Source: Heteronotia binoei
Taxonomy: Eukaryota
DNA length: 64,000 bases
NCBI RefSeq assembly: GCF_032191835.1
Contig: NC_083237.1
Coordinates: 16,802,001 to 16,866,000 of the forward strand
Reading direction: 5' to 3'
Both the position numbers and the translations under genes were made by a program. Below the pieces are notes generated by a model. It was not told the DNA's origin, searched no databases, and saw nothing but the letters and a program-made list of their open reading frames with translations. Positions 37,588 through 49,786 of the stretch are shown here, in pieces; the stretch's first letter is position 1, and each line of letters begins with the position of its first letter.

Positions 37588-38074
37588 AATAAATAGATAT
37601 GGGAGAGTGATGAAAAATAAACAACTTTAACTTTAAATACATTCTCCAAGATGCTGGCTGTCTTGGCTTGGAGAAGTGATTTAAAGAAATAAATGCCTTC
37701 TCCAAGCTGGCTCTGGACTATACCATGCTGCCTTCCTGCTTTTCCTGACATTTGTTCTAGAAAAGCTGGTGTGCAATTGGTTTGTTCATGGTAAGCACAA
37801 TTCCAAAGAGCACTGGTTTTTATTTTACTTTTTATTTAGGCTATCATGTTTAGAGAAATCAAGGAGGCGGGAAGGCAGAAAGGGATAAGATAAAACTGTC
37901 CAAGCTTTCTCCATGCAGTGTATTAAGCAAAGTCAATATGGACTTTTCAAGATGGAGAATGCCTACAATCTTAGCCACATGAGTAAGATCTAGAACAGAT
38001 AGTTCTAATAGTCCCATCCATAGAAGCATCAGTGACCAAAACAAATCCCACACCTCCCCATTGTATACTGCAAG

Positions 38075-38920
38075 CTTACCTCAATTCTCCACCCAAGCGT
38101 TCCTCAAACAGTGTCACATTTTTCATGTCAGTGGCTAGCATTAAGGCATGCAAGACCCGGGTGGTTTTTAGTCTGTTTTCTGGTGCCAGATGCTGAAAAA
38201 TCATGTGAAAGACAACTGGATTGCCACTGGTTACAGGGGACATTTTCTCTCACCCAGCGATGGAGGCTTTTCCATGCTGCTCTGAAAGAGTTTACGGTTG
38301 TTTTCTTTTTCCAGTTTGAAAACTTGAACCTGGAAAAGGACAAAATCCTCTGGAATCAATTCTGTGTCATATTATTAGTTGGGAATACATTGCGTGTTTG
38401 ACTGAGTCACAGAGCCTCCGTTCCAAAGCAGATGGAAGAAAACAATGATATTCATCTTTTCCAAGTAGGTTCTTTAAGGTTCAGGGCACTTTTAAGATAA
38501 ATGGTCCATCAAATCTATCTATATCTAGATTGGCAGAACTACGTCTGGTTTTCTGATAAAAAGACTTCCATAACTTAAAGCCTGTAATCTTTAATTGGCA
38601 GCCTAGAAATTTCATGCATTCCTGGATATCCTTTAGCAATAAGTTGTGGTTATCAACCCTTATTGAAAAGGACTCCTACAATCGTTTTGTGATGCCTTCT
38701 AAGGTCAGAATTCACACAACACTTCAACTGTTTGACTAGTCTCCGCAGTAGAAGACTGACAGCATTGTGGTGTTTTTTTTCCCTGTGACCTGTCCAAGAT
38801 TCAATGATTCAGTAACATAATAAAGACTGTGGACCTACTCCATGGTTACTACTCTAATTCCTGTGGCACTTCTCCTCTGGTTCATTAGTAGTCTGTTTGT
38901 TCCTTCAACCTCTTGGGCAT
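38075..38920 (-). promoter_or_regulatory. OR3 upstream module
   Basis: GAG|GTAAGC donor at 38079 and TAATGA at 38882-38887 within the conserved block. Confidence 0.6.
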
Positions 38921-39474
38921 CTCAAGTACTTAGAGCAAGACGGAAAAGAATTATGTAATCATGAGGGATGGGGTTTGGGGTGTTTTTTTTTTTTTTTAAC
39001 TTTGCAGGTTTTCAAATAACTTGTAAGTTGTTGGCAAAGAAGAAGGAGAGAGGAAAAGGATTTCCCATGTTTATTTATTTCGTTTATATCCCACCTGGCC
39101 ATCAAAAAGTTGAGAAATTTGATGAACCAGCCTGTCAATGTGGGGCTTTTTTGAGATTAAATTCAGGCTCTACATTTCCCTCTCCTAATTTCTTTCTTTT
39201 TTTTAATTCCAAGTTTGGTTGCATTTTTTTCCAGTTGTTGTTTATAATTCTATTATAACCAGTCACATGAATACATGAAGCTGCCTTAAACTGAATCACA
39301 CCCTTTGTCCATCAAAGTCAGTATTGTCTACTCAGACTAGCAGTGGCTCTCTGGAGTCTCAGGCTCAGGTCTTTCACATCACCTACAACCTGACTCTTCT
39401 ACCTGGAGATGCTGAAGATTGAACTTGGGAATATCTGCATGTCATGCAAGTTGCCACTGGGCCTCTACTCCTCC

Positions 39475-40170
39475 GCTTCCAACTCCAAATTGCTGTTTTT
39501 GCCCTATAAAGCCCTATATCATCTGAAACAAGGATACACAGATGCCCACTGAAGTCTTCACTAGAGGACCTCTTCTCTGTGCCCTTACATACGGAAACTA
39601 GGTGCTTATGAATAAGAGGCAGGGTCTTTTTGAGATTGGCACCCACACTTTGGAATTGCCTATCCACAGAAGCTTGGTTCAGGCACCAGACATCTTTTCT
39701 ATCAAGTTTTTTTTTAGACCCCATACAGCTGATTTTAAATTCCATGTCAATCGGAATTTTGCCTTAGGATATGGCTTGAGCTGGCATTTCCACAAGCGGG
39801 TTGTATAAACGTGCCGGCTGGAGATCCGGACCCTGCGGGACCTATCCAAATTCCGCAGGGCCTGAAGGACAGAGCTCTTCTACCAGGCTTTCACTTGAGC
39901 CAGCAGGCATCCTGTGAAGTCACCGCTCCCCCCAGCACCCTACCATCAAGGTGCTCAAGCTGTGCTGAAGCTTCCAGCCTACATGCTGTTGTGAGGTCCG
40001 TTGCCAATGGTTTGGATTACTGTTCTCGGATCTGATTTGATATATCTGTCGTTACAATGTTTAATTTTGATGTGATTCATTGTAATGTTGTTTTAATGCT
40101 GTAAGCCGCCCTGAGCCCACTTGTGGGATAGGGTGGGGTATAGATGGAAAAATTAAATTTAAATTAAATA
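39475..40170 (+). mobile_element. Degenerate L2 3' fragments
   Basis: taaagccctatat near 39505, aattccgcagggcctg near 39850, and L2 end tgtaagccgccctgagcc near 40100. Confidence 0.6.
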
Positions 40171-41130
40171 ACATGCAAAAGCGTTAGCTCTCGTGAGCTT
40201 TTGGCAGGAGCTCCTCTGAATATTAGGCCACACACCTCTGATGTAGCCAATCCTCCAAGAACTTGCAAGCTCTTGGAGGATTGGCTACATCAGGGGTGTG
40301 TGGCCTAATATGCCTCCTCCTTGCCTGGGGCCCAGTTAAAACTCACACTGAATCTCTGGGGGTGGAGAACGGGAAGTGTAGTCAGCCAGCTAATCAGCAA
40401 CCTGTAGCAAATGAGGTTGTAAGTGCCTGCCATGATACACACTTTCCTGCCTAGCTCAGCAGCAAATGACTCAAATCCTCCTCCTTTCCCCTTCTTGGTA
40501 GGTAATTGGGGCTCATTGCAGAAAATACTAAACAGTAGTTTTGGCTGCAGGAAAACTGTTTTCTATCTCCCATATAGGATTGCCAGGTCCAAGTCAAGAA
40601 ATACCTGGGGACTTTGGGGGTGAAGCCAGGAGATATTGGGGGGTGGAGCCAGGAACAAAGTTGTGACAAGCATGACTGAGCTCCAAAGGGAGTTGTGGCC
40701 ATCATATTTAAAGGGACTGCATGCCTTTTAAATGCCTTCCCGCCATTAGAAATCATGGATGGGGGCAGCTTTTTGGGGGCTCATAGAATTGGACCCCCTT
40801 GTCCAATATTTTGAAACTTAGAGGGTGTTTTGAGGAGAGGCATCAGATGCTATGCTGCAAATTGGGTGCCTCTACCTCAAAAAACAGACCCCCCCATGCC
40901 CCAGATATTTACTGATTAATTTTCTATTATACCCTATTGGAATATGTCACCATAGGGAATAATGGAGTGCTCAGCAGACATTTCCCTCCCACTTTCTGAT
41001 GACCCTGAACTGGGGGGAGGGCCTCCAAACTGGAGGATCCCCTGCCCCCACCTGGGGATTGTACAAAATTTATATATGACTTATCCACACAAAAAAACAA
41101 CCAAAAAACTCCTCCTCTTCAGCTGCATAT

Positions 41131-41727
41131 TGTCATGGGTGCTGGGGACCCTACAGAAGAAGCTGAGCCTGCAGGAGAAACTGTGCCCCTGCCACCTGCG
41201 CCAATGCCCCCGCCTCCTGCTGGAGAAGATCCAAGCCCCCCTGCCTCGCCCTCTCGGGTGGCTTGGGTGCGTGACCGCCTTCATCGGGACCTCAGGGATC
41301 GAAGGAGGATGGCACGCTCACGAGCAAGACGCTCCCTGAGCCCTGAGTTTTAAAAGGATTCTGGCCTTCCTAGGTGTGAGGATGCTGGAGTCTCAGCAGG
41401 ATCCTGGCCGCCTCTCTGGGTCAGCAATTAGCCCAAATGGGCAACAGACAGCAGAGGGCTATATAGCTGTGGGTTTTGGGAGGAGGCTTTGTGGAAGCAA
41501 CTAGTCACTTACCTGATGTTCTAGCATCCACTTCGGCTTCTGACTTTGGCTTCTGGACCCCTTGAAGTTGGCTTTGACTTCTGGACCCCCTGACTTTGAC
41601 TTCTGAACCTCTGACCTGCGATACCTGGACTGTGATTTGGTTTTGGTGCTTTGAACCCTCTTTGCTCACCAGCTACAGACCTTGGACTGCCCCTGGACTT
41701 CGCCTGGCCTGGCCCCAGCTCGTGACA
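41131..41727 (+). mobile_element. Solo LTR (Gypsy-like), 597 bp
   Basis: Termini TGTCATG...CGTGACA, perfect 5-bp TSD CATAT (41126-41130 and 41728-41732), TATA-like ctatata near 41459. Confidence 0.85.
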
Positions 41728-41920
41728 CATATGTTCTATTTTTGCAGGAAATACATCAAATATATTATGCGATAGGATTAATCGATTTAATTTTCCCTGT
41801 TTTGCTTCCAATGCCTTATCCAAGCTAAAGCTTATTTCATTCTAACCTTTCTTGTCACATTTTCCACCGCTTCACTCTCAACCTTCAACGTAATTGGCAA
41901 TGTAAATGACAAAGTGCTGG

Positions 41921-41974
41921 ATTCCTCATCTGATGAAGTGTGCTTGAGAGCACACGAAAGCTTACGTTCTAAAT
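41921..41974 (+). ncRNA. Minimal hammerhead motif (stem I mismatches)
   Basis: ATTCCTCAT CTGATGA A GTGTGC(TTGAGA)GCACAC GAAA GC TT ACG TTCT AAAT, followed by a Penelope-type end. Confidence 0.6.
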
Positions 41975-42146
41975 AAAAAGTGGTTGGTCTTAAAGGTCCT
42001 ACTTGACTCCTGCTTTGTTCATGCCATTTGAGTTGAGCCTGTGTGGAGCCGGGAGGTCTATGCCTGGGCCTGCGGTGCGGCTCACAGCAGATGAAGTTGC
42101 AGCTGTCGCCTCTTTTTGAAATGCCATGGATAGCTTAATAAACTGT

Positions 42147-42412
42147 TACCGTTTTCGCACACAGCTTGCCTCGCAGTCACAATCCTGTTCCCTCCGCAAC
42201 GTCTGGTCGGATTTCCCACCATCTGCACCGGAGTTACAGGAAGTGCCGCAGCTTCTGTGTAGCAAACGTAAACTGGGTTTTAGCGGTTTACGTTTGCTAT
42301 GCAAAAGCCGCGGCACTTCCTGTAACTCCAGTGCAGATGGTGCGAAATCCGACCGGACGCTGCGGAGGGAACAGGATTGTGACTGCGAGGTTTGCTGTGT
42401 GGGAAAATGGTC
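42147..42412. mobile_element. Palindromic Harbinger-type MITE (266 bp)
   Basis: TIR (G/T)ACC(G/A)TTTTC(G/C)CACACAGC, 3-bp TSD TGT, and near-complete self-complementarity. Confidence 0.8.
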
Positions 42413-43331
42413 TGTATCTTGCTGCATTACTGAGCAGGGGTGGACTGGCTATTTAACTTACAGGGAAATTTCTGAATGGCCACTGACTTAGAGGGCCACT
42501 AGTGCAGGAGCAAGCATACCTAAGGTCTAGCAAGTTTGGCAAGGCCCACTTAGCTCTGTCCTTTCATCAGGGATAGCAACTGATATCAGTTCATCTTTTC
42601 CTGCTCTACTACTAATTTTCAGGAGGAAGCCTTGTATGAGCTACTATTCATTGTTTGCACCTCTTAGTTGAGTTGTCTGGGTTGTGTGGGCTTGTCAGGC
42701 CACTCAGCTTGGCTTGTTCCAAGGCCATTTTTACCTCTGAACCCACACCTGTTTTTAATGGTCATCTTCATGCTTTCTCTTCTGGTAGTTTTGGTTCTGC
42801 CATTTCTCCTTTTGGCTTTCTTTCTTTCCCTCAGCTTTTCCAAGGATGCAAGAATGGGTTATAAATAATGAATCTGAAATGGGTCCTATAGGATAGTGCA
42901 AGTTCCAAAGTCCATGGGGAAAATTTTAGGGTGAGTTTTCATGATCAGATTCAAGACTCCAGAATCTCTGGTCTAATGTTTGTAGTAGGCCAGTCTTTGG
43001 CAGTATCAAGACCAATAAAATAATAAGAAGAAGAAGATGAGGAGGCAGAGATTAGATTTATACCCTGCCTTCTACCACCCGAAGGAGTCTCAGAGCAGTG
43101 TACAATTTCCTTTTCCTTCCCTTCCTCATAATAGACACCCTGTGAGGTAAGTGGGACTAAGAGAGCTGTAAGAGAAAGCCCACACAATGAACTTCTAGGC
43201 TAAGCAGTGATTAGAGTTCCCTTGCCCCAAAATAGTGTTTAATACCATCTAGCATATTATTCATAGTAAGCAACTGGCAATGGCTAGACAAATCTGGGTG
43301 CAATTCATCAAGACATCCATACTCATATTTT

Positions 43332-44270
43332 CTATTTAAAGCTCCATCTTTGCAGCATTCTGGACACAGCCCCATGGATGTCCTTGTTGCGTAGGGTGTA
43401 AATGATGGGATTGAGCAATGGGGTGACCACAATGTATAGGACTGCAAGTTGTTTGTCACGATCAGGAGCTGTGTCTGACCCCGGTGTCAGGTACACAAAG
43501 ATAAGGATGCCATAGAATAAGATGACCACTATCAAGTGGGAGGCACAGGTGGAGAAGGCCTTGCGCCGTCCGGCAGCTGACTGCATACGTATCACAGTAG
43601 ACAGTATGAGCATGTAAGATGCGAGGATAACAAAAAAGGGAATGACGATGGCCAGTGCAGCCAATATAATAATGGTGTGTTCTATCACACGTATGTCAGT
43701 GCATGCCAGTTTCAACACAATGGGCATGTCACAGAAAAAATGATTGATGCAGTTGGGGCCACAGTAGGGAAGGTGAAGGGTAATACCCACATTTATTGAC
43801 GCAAGAAAAAAGCCGCTTGCCCAAGATGCTGAGGCAAGCTGAACCTGACACCACCTGCCCATGGCGATGACATATCGCAGAGGGTGGCAGATGGCCAAGT
43901 AGCGGTCGTAAGCCATGGCGCCCAGCAGAAAACACTCTACGCTACCCAGGCAAATCACCATGTACATTTGAAAAGCACATCGGGTGAAGGAGATGGCTCC
44001 GTTTCCAGCCAAGAGATGAGCCAACATTTGGGGCATGCTGGAGGTGACATACAGGATCTCCAGGACTGAAAGGTTTGAGAGGAAGAAGTACATGGGGGTG
44101 TGGAGAGAGGAGTCACCTCGTACCAATATGATGACCACGAGGTTCCCCAGAACGGTGAGGGCGTATATGAGGAGGATGACCAAGAAGAGAAGAATTTGTG
44201 TCTTGCGGTGGTTGGTGAGTCCTACCAAAACGAATTCTGTGACGGAAGAGAGGTTCTCGGCTCCCATCAT
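43332..44270 (-). CDS. Olfactory receptor OR4, intact (start MMGAENLS), C-terminus 3 aa shorter than OR3
   Basis: All OR motifs present. Acceptor ctgcAG at 44281-44282. The TAG stop lies three codons before the ancestral TGA. Confidence 0.96.
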   Translation of the reverse strand: MMGAENLSSVTEFVLVGLTNHRKTQILLFLVILLIYALTVLGNLVVIILVRGDSSLHTPMYFFLSNLSVLEILYVTSSMPQMLAHLLAGNGAISFTRCAFQMYMVICLGSVECFLLGAMAYDRYLAICHPLRYVIAMGRWCQVQLASASWASGFFLASINVGITLHLPYCGPNCINHFFCDMPIVLKLACTDIRVIEHTIIILAALAIVIPFFVILASYMLILSTVIRMQSAAGRRKAFSTCASHLIVVILFYGILIFVYLTPGSDTAPDRDKQLAVLYIVVTPLLNPIIYTLRNKDIHGAVSRMLQRWSFK

Positions 44271-46366
44271 GGGCTCCTGTCTGCAGAGAAAAGGCAAGAA
44301 TCAGTGATATAGTCAGATATATATCTCTGTCACATGAAAGTAAACACAAGGAGCCCATCAAACTCAACATCAGTCAAAACAAAAGCAAGAGTCTTGAGTC
44401 TTCAGTGTTCCTTTATTAGCCACTGTGTGTGTGTGTGTAAATATATATATTGGCCACTGTATGATACAGAGTGTTGAACTGGATGGGCCATTGGCCTGAT
44501 CCAACATGGCTTCTCTTATGTTCTTATGTAGTGTCCCACAGTATGAGGGCTCTGAGTCCAGACACATAATAGTGCTGCTCTGCTGTAGTTAAAATATCTC
44601 AGCCTTCAGTCATGATGGGTTGGATCCAACCAGGTTTTCCCCTTCTGAAGAAGGGAGAAGGGGAGCTTTTGGGTCACCAAAAAAGGAGAACCAGGAGACC
44701 TACAGAGATGAAAAGCATTTAGGATAGGGACTGTAGCAAGGTGGACAAGGTTCAAGTCCTGAAGCGACTTAAAGATCAACAAGATTTCCAGGGTATAAAC
44801 CTTCGAGAAAGCTTATACCATAGGAATTGTTTTGGGTCTCTAGGTGCCACTACATTCAAATCTTGCAGCTCTACTGTAGACCAACACAGCTACCCACTTA
44901 AAACTATAGTAAGGAGCAGGGCTATTTTTGTAGCAGGAACTTATTTGCATATTAGGCCACACACCCTTGATGTAGCCAATCCCCCTGGAGCTTTCAGTAG
45001 GCCCTGTACTAAAAGCCCTGTAAGCTCTTGGAGAATTGGCTACATCAGGGGTGTGTGGCCTAATAGTCAAAGGCGTTCCTGCTGCAAAACAAGCACTGGT
45101 AAGGAGGGAGTTTTAGTTGAGTAAAAAAATAACTGGATCCAACCCTATAAGGGTTATTCATCCTAATAAAACCTGGGACTATTCAGCAGTTTCTAGTGTC
45201 AACTTCTACACGCCACGGTAATTACAGGGCACCTCAACATCCAGGGGCAGAAAAGGTCTCAATACCAGTGCTTGGAGGTAATATTGGCAAAAGTCTTCAC
45301 CTTTGTTGGTTTTCTTGTTTTCTTATGTGTTTTGTGCCACTTAGTTTAAGAACCAGGGGAGAAATCTAGGCTCTGTAACGTTATCCTCAAGGCAAGAGGC
45401 TGACCATAAAACAATTATTCAATGCTGACTGTGTGAACCCATTGCAAGTGGGAAGAAGAGGCTGCCTATAGTCCCAACAATTCTGAAGACCTCCCAATTT
45501 GTACTTGATTATTGAAGTGAACTAGAGCTGCCAGCTGCCAGCTCTAGTTTGGAAAATTCCTGAACATTTGGGGAGGGGATACTAGAGATGGCAGGGTTTG
45601 GGGTAGGATGGACCACTAGAGGAGCATAATGCTATATAATTTGTAACTCACAGCAGTCTTTTTCTGCAAGAGGACTGCTCTCTGTAGCCTGGAGATCAGT
45701 CGCCATTCCATGAGATCTCCACACCACCCATGAAGATTGGCAGCCCCAGTGTGAATGAAACAACACCTCTGCACAGGAAAATTCTGATGCCAAACACCAA
45801 AATGTATTCCCTTTTCACATCTAGTTGTAAACCATCACTAAAGTGCATTGGAAGTGCATTACCTCACTGGGTGTGAAAGCAGCCCTTGTGTGTGTGAGTG
45901 CCGTCAAGTCATGGAAACCCCAGAAAGGGGCTTTTGAGGCAAATGAGAAGCAGAAGAGGTCTGCTGTTGCCTTCCTCTGCAGAGTCTTCCTTGGTGGTCT
46001 CCCTTCCAAGTACTCCTGCTTAGTTTCCAAGATCTGGCAAAATCAGGCTATACGATACTGCCTTCTCACCTCCCCTGATAATAGCTCTTTAAAAAAGCCT
46101 GATGTGAAATTGGTTTGATCATGGTAAATACACTTCCAAAGAGCACTGGTTTTTCTTTTACTCCTCATTCAGGCTCTCAAATTTAGAAAGATTAAGGTGG
46201 AGGAGAGGCAGAGAAGGATAAGATAAAACTGCCCAAGCTCTCTCCATATAGTGTGTAATCAAAATAACTTATCAAGATGGAGAATGCCCACAATCTTAGC
46301 TACATGAGTAAGATCTTGAGAAGATGGTTCTAACAGGCCCATCCATAGAATCATCAATGACCACAA

Positions 46367-46642
46367 TGAAGAAGACTGCAGATTTTTACCCCACCCTTCT
46401 CTCTGAATCAGAGTCTCAGAGCGGCTTACAATCTCCTTTATCTCCTTCCCCCACAACAGACACCCTGTAAGGTGGGCGGGGCTGAGAGAGTTCTCCCAGA
46501 AGCTGCCCTTGCAAGGACAATTCTGCTATAGCTATGGCTGACCCAAGGCCATTCCAGCAGCTGCAAGTGAAGGAGTGGGGAATCAAACCCGATTATCCAA
46601 GATAAGAGTACGTGCACTTAACCACTACACCAAACTGACTCC
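46367..46642 (-). mobile_element. Squam3-type SINE, OR4-unit specific
   Basis: Absent at the homologous OR3 site near 38035. Confidence 0.8.
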
Positions 46643-46703
46643 CTGCGCACGTAACCACTAAAACTGGTCCCACATCTCCCCACTATATACTGCAACATAA
46701 AAG

Positions 46704-47575
46704 CTTACCTCAATTCTCCACCCAAGCGTTCCTCACACAGCATCACATTTTTCATGTCAGTGGCTAACATTAAGGCATCCAGAAGCTGGGTGGTTTTTAG
46801 TCTGTTTTCTAGTGCCAGATGTTAAAAAAAATCATGCGAAAAGACAACTGGATTGCCACTGGTTACAGGGGACATTTTCTCTCACCCAGTAATGGAGGCT
46901 TTTCCATGCTGCTCTGAAAGAGCTGTTGAGTGTTGTTTTCTTTTTTCAATTATGAAAGCTTCAAGTTGGAAAAGGACAAGATCCTCTGGAATGGATTCTG
47001 TGTCATATTATTGGTTGGGAATATATTGTCTGGTTGACTGAGTCACAGAACCTCCATTCCAAAGAGGATGGAAGAAAACAAAGATATCCATCTTTTCTAC
47101 TGGGGTCTTTCAAGACTCAGGGCAGAGTGGAAGCTGCGCTAAGATAAGTGCTCCATTGAATCTACCTATATCTATACTGGCAGCACTACTTCTGGGTCTC
47201 TGATAGATAGACTTCCATAACATAAAACTTGAGGTCTTTAAGAGGCAAAACAGAGATTTCATGCTTTACAAGGAAATCATTCAGCACTAAGCTCTGGTTA
47301 CCGGACCCTGTCGAGAAGGGCTCAGACGACAACCATTTTGTGAGGTCTTCTTAAGAAAGAGTCCACACAACCTATTTTCTTCAACAGTTTGACCGCTTTC
47401 AGCAGTAGAAGACTGGCAGCATTGTGGTGTTTTTCCCTGTGACCTGTCCAAGATGTGAGCATTCAGTAATGTAATAAAGATTCTGGATCTACTCCATAGT
47501 TACTACTCTCATCCCTGTGGTACTTTTCCTCTGGTTCATTAGCAGTCTGTTTGTTCCTTCAACCTCTTGGGTATC
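46704..47575 (-). promoter_or_regulatory. OR4 upstream module
   Basis: GAG|GTAAGC donor at 46708 and TAATGA at 47536-47541. Near-copy of the OR3 module. Confidence 0.6.
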
Positions 47576-49371
47576 TCAAACACTTAGTGCAAGATGGAAA
47601 AGTTATAGAATATTGTTTTTTTTTCTTTTTTTTCTTTGCAGGTTTTCAAATAACTGCTAAGTTGTCGGAGAAGACGAAGAAGAAGAAGAAGAAGAAATTT
47701 TCATGTTTATTTCATTTATATCCCACCTGGCCATCAACAAGTTGAGAATAGCAATGAACCAGCCTGTCAATTTGGGGCTCTTTTATGATTAAATTCTGAA
47801 CCCACATTTCCCTCTCCTAATTTCTTTCTTTTTTTAAAAAAATTACAGTTTCTGTTGTATTTTTTTCAGTTGTTTATAACTATTACATCCAGTCACACAT
47901 GAAGCTGCCTTTTACTGAATCCATCAACCATTTACCATTTACTTGGTCCATCAAAGTCTATATTGTCTACTCAGAATAGCAGTAGCTCTCCAGGGTCTCA
48001 GGCTTAGGTCTTTCATATCACCTACAACCTGACCCTTCTACTGGTTCTACAAATTTCCACACAACTCTAGGCACAGCTCATGTCTCCAATGAGATCTTAG
48101 GGTTCTATTCCATTGTAGACATGAGCTGTACCTAGAGTAGTGTGGAAATTGGGTTCCATTTTTCAGCCATTTATTTGATGAAGAATTGTTTTGAAATGTC
48201 TTGTATACTTGGGAAGGATGTATCGGCTGTAGAAATTTCTCTGGGACATCCTCTGCCTTCTTTTTGGACTTTTGGAGGTCTCTTGGACACTACTATATGA
48301 AGGATTACAGAGGAGTCTCTTGTTGGATTTATGATTACTATTGAAGAATGTGTTTGGAATGGTTATATCTATTTCTCACTACTTGGATTTGAATTGTGAC
48401 CACCAATTCTATTTATTGTATTGTTTATGTTTCAATAGACTGATGGTGACTTGTGAAATTTTGATGGTCCACCCTTTTGTTTTCTGTCTTTGCATATGGG
48501 GTCCCTATTGTTTGACTAAGAGGAGGAGGCAAAGAGGGACAGAGGCTGGGCACTGCAATGAGAGTGGTGGTGTGTGGGCAATAGTGAGCTTCTTGGACTT
48601 TATCCCCCCACCTGAGTTGCACAAATTTAGTGGTTGCTTTGAAGCCCATCTCTAATTTTCCCAGCGGGGAAAATCCCTTTGCTGCAGCCTTCTTTGAGCT
48701 TTGGACATGACACCAATGTTCCATTTCATTTTTAAAATTCTGCACCGTGATTCATGAGGTACTACTGACTAGTGACATTAGCATTTTAAAGTTGCCATTT
48801 CACTGAATGAGGTTGTGATTAGTGTGGTGGCACTGATAAACAGAATAAGACCACAAGAACATATGCAGAGTCCTGCTGAATCAGACCAGCGGTCTATCTG
48901 GACTGGCATCCTGTCTCACACCACAGCCAGCCAGTTCCTATGGAGGTCCAACAGCAGGTCACAGAAGCCCAGGCCTTCCCTGATGTTGCTTCCTGGCACT
49001 GGGATTCACAGCCAGCTAGCTCTGAATCCTAGAATCCTGACTCCTTCTGAATGTGGGTGTTCCTTTTATTCACCATGGCTAGCAGCCACTGATAGACCTA
49101 TCCTCCATTAATCTATCTAACCCCCTTTTAAAGGTATCTATGCCTGTGGCCATCACTGCACCCTCAGGCAGTGAAGAATGATCTTCGTGTGCCTTCCTCT
49201 CATAGTCATTATTTCTCAATCCAAGAAGGATCTCTCCAGTGTGCTCCTCGAGGCTGTATCTCACAAGCTTAAAATGGCAGCTTCTTTTCCTCCCTCACAC
49301 CAGCCATTGACAGGAATATAATATGTCTGGAGAGGGTGTAGTGAATGGATGTACCTGATAGGATGCACTAC

Positions 49372-49786
49372 TGACAGAGACAGAATGATTCTCATGCATC
49401 CGAAGTCCAGGGGAGGAGGAAAAAGAATTTATTGCAAAAGCTTGTGGAGCAGCCAAGGCCTGCAATACCAAGCTGCTCCGCCCCCTTTCAGGGTGGTCAG
49501 TACTTTATATAGTCTTGATGACACATTGGGATATGTTGGCATATACACATATTAATCGGCCATTACACCCATCATTGTGAGAGTCAACTACACACTGCTG
49601 ATTCATTTTGCCAGGGCAGCATCAACTGACTGCTCAAGATTTATGTCACCGAAAGAAATTTGCTTCACGTGCGCCTTGACTAGATAAATCCAATTCTGGG
49701 ATTTAGGAGCCCCCTTTAGTTCTATTGTTACTTCAAGCATAATAGGATCACTGTAAAGCATAAGTGAAAGTTATGTATCTGTAACA
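49372..49786 (-). mobile_element. Possible solo LTR
   Basis: Minus strand starts TGTTACA, then TATATAAA near 49505 and AATAAA near 49427. No TSD found. Confidence 0.35.

Noticed and set aside
37445-37751. ORFs with FLPS repeats, and ORFs spanning N runs
   Set aside because: Artefacts of the (GGAA)n microsatellite and assembly gaps.
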